Translations under genes and position numbers: made by a program
Shown: positions 59,816-64,000 of the stretch, piece after piece
Layout: each line of letters opens with the position of its first letter
Numbering within the stretch: the first letter of the stretch is position 1
Notes under the pieces: generated by a model
Database searches by the model: none
Seen by the model: the letters and a program-made list of their open reading frames with translations, nothing else
Told to the model about the DNA's origin: nothing
Assembly (NCBI GenBank): GCA_002320815.1
Contig: DCLA01000086.1
Location: 2,330 to 66,329, forward strand
Direction: 5' to 3'
Source: Myxococcales bacterium UBA1660
GTDB taxonomy: Bacteria; Myxococcota_A; Polyangia; Polyangiales; Houyiibacteriaceae
DNA length: 64,000 nucleotides

Positions 59816-61999
59816 ATGAGCTTCAGCGACCGATACGAGCTCGGCGTGCCGCTGGGCCGCAACCCCGCGGGCATCGTCTACCAGGCGACCCGCACCGAGG
59901 ACGGAGCGACCGTCGCGCTCGCCGTGGCCGACGGCCAGGGGCTGATGGACGAGGCGCTCTTCGAGAAGGTGCGCGCCCGCTTCCGCAAGGACCTCGGCGC
60001 GCTCACCCGGGTGAAGGCCGATCAGATCCCGCAGGTCCACGAGGTGGACGAGGACGACGCCGGCAACCCCTACGCGGCGATGGCGCTGGTGGAGGGCGAG
60101 AGCCTCGGCGTGATGATCGACGAGGGCATCGACCTGGAGACCCTGGCCAGCGCGGTGGACGGAGCCCTGCGCGCGCTCGAGGCCGCGCACCGGGTGCGGG
60201 TGGTCCACGGGGACCTCGAGCCGGGCAACGTGCTGGTCGACGACGACGGCTCGGTGAAGGTCGTCGGCTTCGGGCTCGGTCGCGCCCTGGCCTTCGGCGA
60301 CGGCTGGGGCACGGACGGCGACGAGCCCACCCTGGTGGCGCGATCGGGCGCCTTTCGGCCGCCCGACGCGGGGACCGACGCGCCCCACGACGCGCGGGAC
60401 GACCTCTACGCCATCGGCGCCATCCTCCACCTGGGGCTCTCGGGCGAGCTGCCCGAGGCGGGCCGCTCGATCGCCGAGGTGAAGCCGCGGCTGGCCGCTT
60501 CACTCACCCAGCTCGTGGACCGCGCGCTGCACGCCTCGCCGGCCAAGCGCTACGCCAGCGCGTGGGCGATGCGGACGGCGCTCAACGCGGCGGTGCGGAT
60601 GAGCCAGAAGGGCGAGAAGCCCTCCATCCGGCCGCCCGCGACGCAGCCCTACGGCAAGACCGCGGTGCCCAAGGCCCCGGCGGTTCCGGCGGTCATCCGG
60701 ACGGCGCCGCCGCCGCCGCCGCCGGCCGCGGTCCGCAGCTCCGCGCCTCCGCCGCGCCCCTCGGCTCCGCCGCCGCGCCCCTCGGCTCCGCCTCCGCCGC
60801 CGCGCGCCCAGAAGACCCTGCGGGGCGTTCCGGCGCCGTCGAAGCGCACGTTGCCCGGGGTCCCTTCGCCCTCGGGGGTGGCCGCGGCGAAGGGAACGTC
60901 GTCGGACGCGCCGCCGAAGGCTAGCGCGTCCCCTTCCGCGCCTAGCGCGCCTGGCGCGCCGAAGCTGAGCAAGCGGACCCTCGACGGGGTCGCGCCGCCG
61001 ATCCTCGACGACGCGGACCTGGAAGACGCGGACCTCGAAGCCGTCGCCGAGGACGACGACGCCCCCGTGGTCGGCCTCGCCGCTCCGTCGAGCGAGATGG
61101 ACCGGACCCTCGACGAGGGCGCCGGGCGCCCGAGCGACTCCATCCCGCCCCCGGTCGTCGGCGTCGGGGCGCCCAGCATCTCCGAGCTCCCGGACGAGCC
61201 GGCCCGGGCCGAGTCGGCGGACGACCCCGCGGAAGCCGCGCCGGCCGACGAGCTCGAGGAAGCCGAGCCGGCCGAGCGACCCGCCGCGGGCGGCGGCGCC
61301 ACCTCGATGTTCATGGGCGGGCCGGCCGCCGACCGGAGCGCCGCCTCCCGGCCGCTCCCGGCAGCGGCCGACGGCGACGACGACGCGCTCCCGGTGGCGG
61401 GAGGTGGCTTCTTGCGCTCGCCGGCGGGGCTCGCCGCGGTGGCCGTCGCGTGTCTCCTGGTCGGGCTCCTCGTGGGGCGCCTGACCGGTGGCGACGACGA
61501 GGTCCCGGCGGCTCCGCCGACGGCCGCGGCGCCCACCGAGGTCGCGGCGGGTCCGGAAGAAGCCGCGCCCACCGAAGTCGCGCCCACGGAAGCCGCGCCC
61601 GAGGCCGTCGCGGAAGCGAGCGACGAGCCCGAGGAGCGCGAGGTGACCCCGCGGCCCCTGGCGCTCCAGGTGAGCGGGGTGCCCGACGACGTCGAGCTCC
61701 GGCTCGGGGGCCGCGCGGGGCGCAGCGCCGAGCTGCCCACGGACGGCAGCCCGGTCCGCGTCGAGCTACGGCGGGGCTCGGAGGTGGTCGCGTTCACTCT
61801 CGGGGCCTCCGACGGCGAGGCGCTGGCTCTGTCGGACATCGAGCTGCCCGAGGAGCCCGAGCCGGTCGCCGCGGCGCCCAGCCCGGCGCCGACCCGGATG
61901 CGGGCCACGCGACGGACCCGCCGAGCGCCGGCGTCGGCGCCCGCCCGTTCGAGCGGGGCCCTGATGCGCCCCGGCATCGCGCGCGACCCGGGGTTCTGA
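59816..61999 (+). CDS. Membrane-anchored pseudokinase with a long Pro/Ala-rich linker
   Basis: Kinase fold order with VALAV (no Lys), HGDLEPGN, VVGFG (no DFG Asp) and RPPD (no APE); one TM helix; ends RDPGF. Confidence 0.85.
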   Translation: MSFSDRYELGVPLGRNPAGIVYQATRTEDGATVALAVADGQGLMDEALFEKVRARFRKDLGALTRVKADQIPQVHEVDEDDAGNPYAAMALVEGESLGVMIDEGIDLETLASAVDGALRALEAAHRVRVVHGDLEPGNVLVDDDGSVKVVGFGLGRALAFGDGWGTDGDEPTLVARSGAFRPPDAGTDAPHDARDDLYAIGAILHLGLSGELPEAGRSIAEVKPRLAASLTQLVDRALHASPAKRYASAWAMRTALNAAVRMSQKGEKPSIRPPATQPYGKTAVPKAPAVPAVIRTAPPPPPPAAVRSSAPPPRPSAPPPRPSAPPPPPRAQKTLRGVPAPSKRTLPGVPSPSGVAAAKGTSSDAPPKASASPSAPSAPGAPKLSKRTLDGVAPPILDDADLEDADLEAVAEDDDAPVVGLAAPSSEMDRTLDEGAGRPSDSIPPPVVGVGAPSISELPDEPARAESADDPAEAAPADELEEAEPAERPAAGGGATSMFMGGPAADRSAASRPLPAAADGDDDALPVAGGGFLRSPAGLAAVAVACLLVGLLVGRLTGGDDEVPAAPPTAAAPTEVAAGPEEAAPTEVAPTEAAPEAVAEASDEPEEREVTPRPLALQVSGVPDDVELRLGGRAGRSAELPTDGSPVRVELRRGSEVVAFTLGASDGEALALSDIELPEEPEPVAAAPSPAPTRMRATRRTRRAPASAPARSSGALMRPGIARDPGF
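60740..60805 (+). repeat. 21-bp tandem repeat x3 encoding SAPPPRP
   Basis: TCGGCTCCGCCGCCGCGCCCC-like units within the pseudokinase linker. Confidence 0.6.
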
Positions 62000-62037
62000 C
62001 CGCGGCGCCCGCCGCGCGCGGCGCCGCTCCCGCCCGC

Positions 62038-62613
62038 CTACTCGGCGGCGGCGTCTTCGAGCAGGTAGGCGCGCAGCTTCCCCTCGACCCGCGCGGTCGC
62101 GCCGCCGTACTCGCTGGTGGCCTCGGTCACCAGGACCACCGGGCCCACGTCCGGGCAGTAGGTGGTGGTGACGGTCTGCCGGGCGTCGGCCTCGCGGACC
62201 TCGACGCAATCCTCGAAGGTCCCGGCGAAGACCTCGACCCGGGCGTCGATGGAGAGCACCTCGGCTTCGCGGCCGCCGGGGGCGGGCCAGCGGGCGCCCA
62301 CCTGGACGGGACGCTTGAGGACCCAGACTTCCTCGTTGGGTCGGCGGATGCCTTCGGGGGTCGTCTCGTACACCAGGGTCTCGACGCCGCCGTTCACCTC
62401 CACCGAGGCGCGAGGGCCCTGGACGTCGACCACCCGGAAGGTGCCCAGCACCGTCTCGATGCCGGTGTCCACGTCGTAGCTCCACACGTTCCCCTCCTGC
62501 AGGGGGTAGAGGCGCGCGGGGTCGATGCCCTCCTCGCCGGCGCCGGCGTCCTGAGCGCCACCGCAGCCGAGGGCCAGAGAGGAGACGAGGGCGAAGAAGA
62601 TGCAGCGGGTCAA
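62038..62613 (-). CDS. Beta-rich lipoprotein (DUF3108/TapB-like)
   Basis: LALGC lipobox; YPLQEGNVWSY, VFAGTFEDC, YCPDVG; the TTG start overlaps the upstream stop. Confidence 0.7.
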   Translation of the reverse strand: MTRCIFFALVSSLALGCGGAQDAGAGEEGIDPARLYPLQEGNVWSYDVDTGIETVLGTFRVVDVQGPRASVEVNGGVETLVYETTPEGIRRPNEEVWVLKRPVQVGARWPAPGGREAEVLSIDARVEVFAGTFEDCVEVREADARQTVTTTYCPDVGPVVLVTEATSEYGGATARVEGKLRAYLLEDAAAE

Positions 62614-62876
62614 AAGACGTACTTCCAGGCGATGTAGATGAAGAAGAGCACGCAACCGACGAGCACCCCGACCTGCGCCGGGTCCACCGAGATCCGGCGG
62701 AGGAGATCGGCGGCCGCGGTGGCGTCGGGGCCGTCGCCGGCGGCGAGGGGCTGGGCGAGGCGGCGCACGGCGGCGTAGTCCCCGCGCGCGAACGCGGCTT
62801 CGGCCTCGCCGAGGGGACCCTGCGGGGCGTCCGCGGGGGTGGGCGATTCGTCGGTTCGCGCGGCGTCGTCGGCCAT
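62610..62876 (-). CDS. Small protein with a C-terminal TM helix
   Basis: AFARGDYAAVR helical motif and VLFFIYIAWKYVF tail; TAGCAT -10 box 7 nt upstream. Confidence 0.7.
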   Translation of the reverse strand: MADDAARTDESPTPADAPQGPLGEAEAAFARGDYAAVRRLAQPLAAGDGPDATAAADLLRRISVDPAQVGVLVGCVLFFIYIAWKYVF

Positions 62877-62968
62877 CGCCCGGATGCTAGAGCACAACGG
62901 CCAGGGCGGCACCCCGGAGCGCTGCCGGAGACTTGCCGGGGTCTCACCCGGGCAGTAGGAAATGATCG

Positions 62969-63334
62969 GTGACGGTCACGAAACATGTCCTGGTCGTCGA
63001 GGACGATCTGGACCTGGCCAAGATGGTCTGCCGGATGCTCGGGCACGACGGCTACGCCGTGGCCAGCGTGACCGACGGCGAGGCGGCCCTCGAGCACATC
63101 GCGACCCACCCGGTGGATCTCCTGATCACCGATCTCATGATGCCGGGCATGGAGGGCGAAGAGCTCCTCCTGGAGCTCCGGCGACGCCACGACCGGCTCC
63201 CGGTGATCCTGCTCAGCGCCAGCGCCGTCCGCGAGCAGGTCGCCGATCGGCTGAAGGTCGACGCCTCCCTGGGCAAGCCCTTCGAGACCGACGAGCTCCG
63301 CCAGCTCGTGGCCACGCTTCTCGACGGCGACTGA
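62969..63334 (+). CDS. Single-domain response regulator
   Basis: VLVVEDD, TDLMMP, LSA, KPF. Confidence 0.92.
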   Translation: MTVTKHVLVVEDDLDLAKMVCRMLGHDGYAVASVTDGEAALEHIATHPVDLLITDLMMPGMEGEELLLELRRRHDRLPVILLSASAVREQVADRLKVDASLGKPFETDELRQLVATLLDGD

Positions 63335-63367
63335 CGCCCACCGGGGTTTCCGGTATACGAGGGCCCC

Positions 63368-64000
63368 ATGGAGACGATCTTCCGCGCGGGGCTCTTCGAG
63401 GGACGGGTCGCGCTGATCACCGGCGGCGGGACCGGCATCGGCCGGGCCATCGCCGAGGAGCTGATCCATCTGGGCGCCGACGTGGCCATCTGCGGACGCC
63501 GACCCGAGCCGCTGGTGCAGGCGGCGGAGGAGCTCGCCGCGCTCCGCGAGGGCGCCAGGGTCCACCAGGCGAGCTGCGACATCCGGGACGCGGACGCCGT
63601 GGCGGCCTTCGTGGACGGTACGGTGGAGGCCCTGGGGCCCACCGACATCCTGGTGAACAACGCCGGGGGTCAGTTCCCGACGACGGCGCAGCATCTCTCG
63701 TCCCGCGGCTTCGAGGCGGTCGTGCGCAACAACCTCCTGGGCACCTGGAACATGACCCACGCGGTGGCGAGCCGCGCGATGATCCCCCGCAAGCAGGGCC
63801 GCATCGTCAACGTCATCGCCGAGGTCAGCCGCGGTTTCCCGGGGATGGTGCACACCGGCGCGGCGCGCGCGGGCGTGGACAACATGACCAAGACCCTGGC
63901 CGTGGAGTGGAGCCAGTTCGGCATCCGCTGCAACGCGGTGGCGCCGGGGGTCATCGAGAGCAGCGGGACCAAGCAGTACCCGCCCCAGCTCCTGGTGCAG
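63368..64000 (+). CDS. SDR oxidoreductase (enoyl-/dienoyl-CoA reductase-like), truncated by the window end
   Basis: Translation from the ATG at 63368: METIFRAGLFEGRVALITGGGTGIG...NNAGGQF...HTGAARAG; no stop before 64000. Confidence 0.9.
   Translation, partial: METIFRAGLFEGRVALITGGGTGIGRAIAEELIHLGADVAICGRRPEPLVQAAEELAALREGARVHQASCDIRDADAVAAFVDGTVEALGPTDILVNNAGGQFPTTAQHLSSRGFEAVVRNNLLGTWNMTHAVASRAMIPRKQGRIVNVIAEVSRGFPGMVHTGAARAGVDNMTKTLAVEWSQFGIRCNAVAPGVIESSGTKQYPPQLLVQ

Overview
Very GC-rich chromosomal DNA that looks like Myxococcota (Polyangiales/Sandaracinaceae-like). The evidence is five Hanks-type Ser/Thr kinase genes, large Cys/Asp-rich lipoproteins, a TPR/PEGA-like protein and several sigma54 promoters. 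About 50 CDS can be supported. No rRNA, tRNA, CRISPR array, transposase or integrase was recognised. Routine content includes a Cdc48-type AAA ATPase, UvrD/Rep helicase, MscS, MATE, a CPA2 antiporter, an M16 peptidase pair, a flotillin/NfeD-like pair, an AcoR-like activator with aldehyde dehydrogenase-DUF779-ppc, and a GldA/F/G-like ABC system. The most unusual items are: (1) an NLR-like kinase/pseudocyclase/STAND/TPR gene translationally coupled to a patatin phospholipase; (2) a SIR2-like NADase with a TPR-like tail, tail-to-tail with a kinase carrying four zinc ribbons; (3) a three-lipoprotein operon ending in a beta-integrin-like TSP3/VWA adhesin, all three starting CGDDD; (4) pseudoenzymes (dead PP2C, pseudokinase, pseudocyclase); (5) a cluster of sigma54 promoters that supports unannotated small ORFs; (6) many apparently leaderless genes; (7) a 27-bp palindromic repeat cluster and a structured intergenic element. 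All family assignments come from motifs recognised by eye; no database searches were run.
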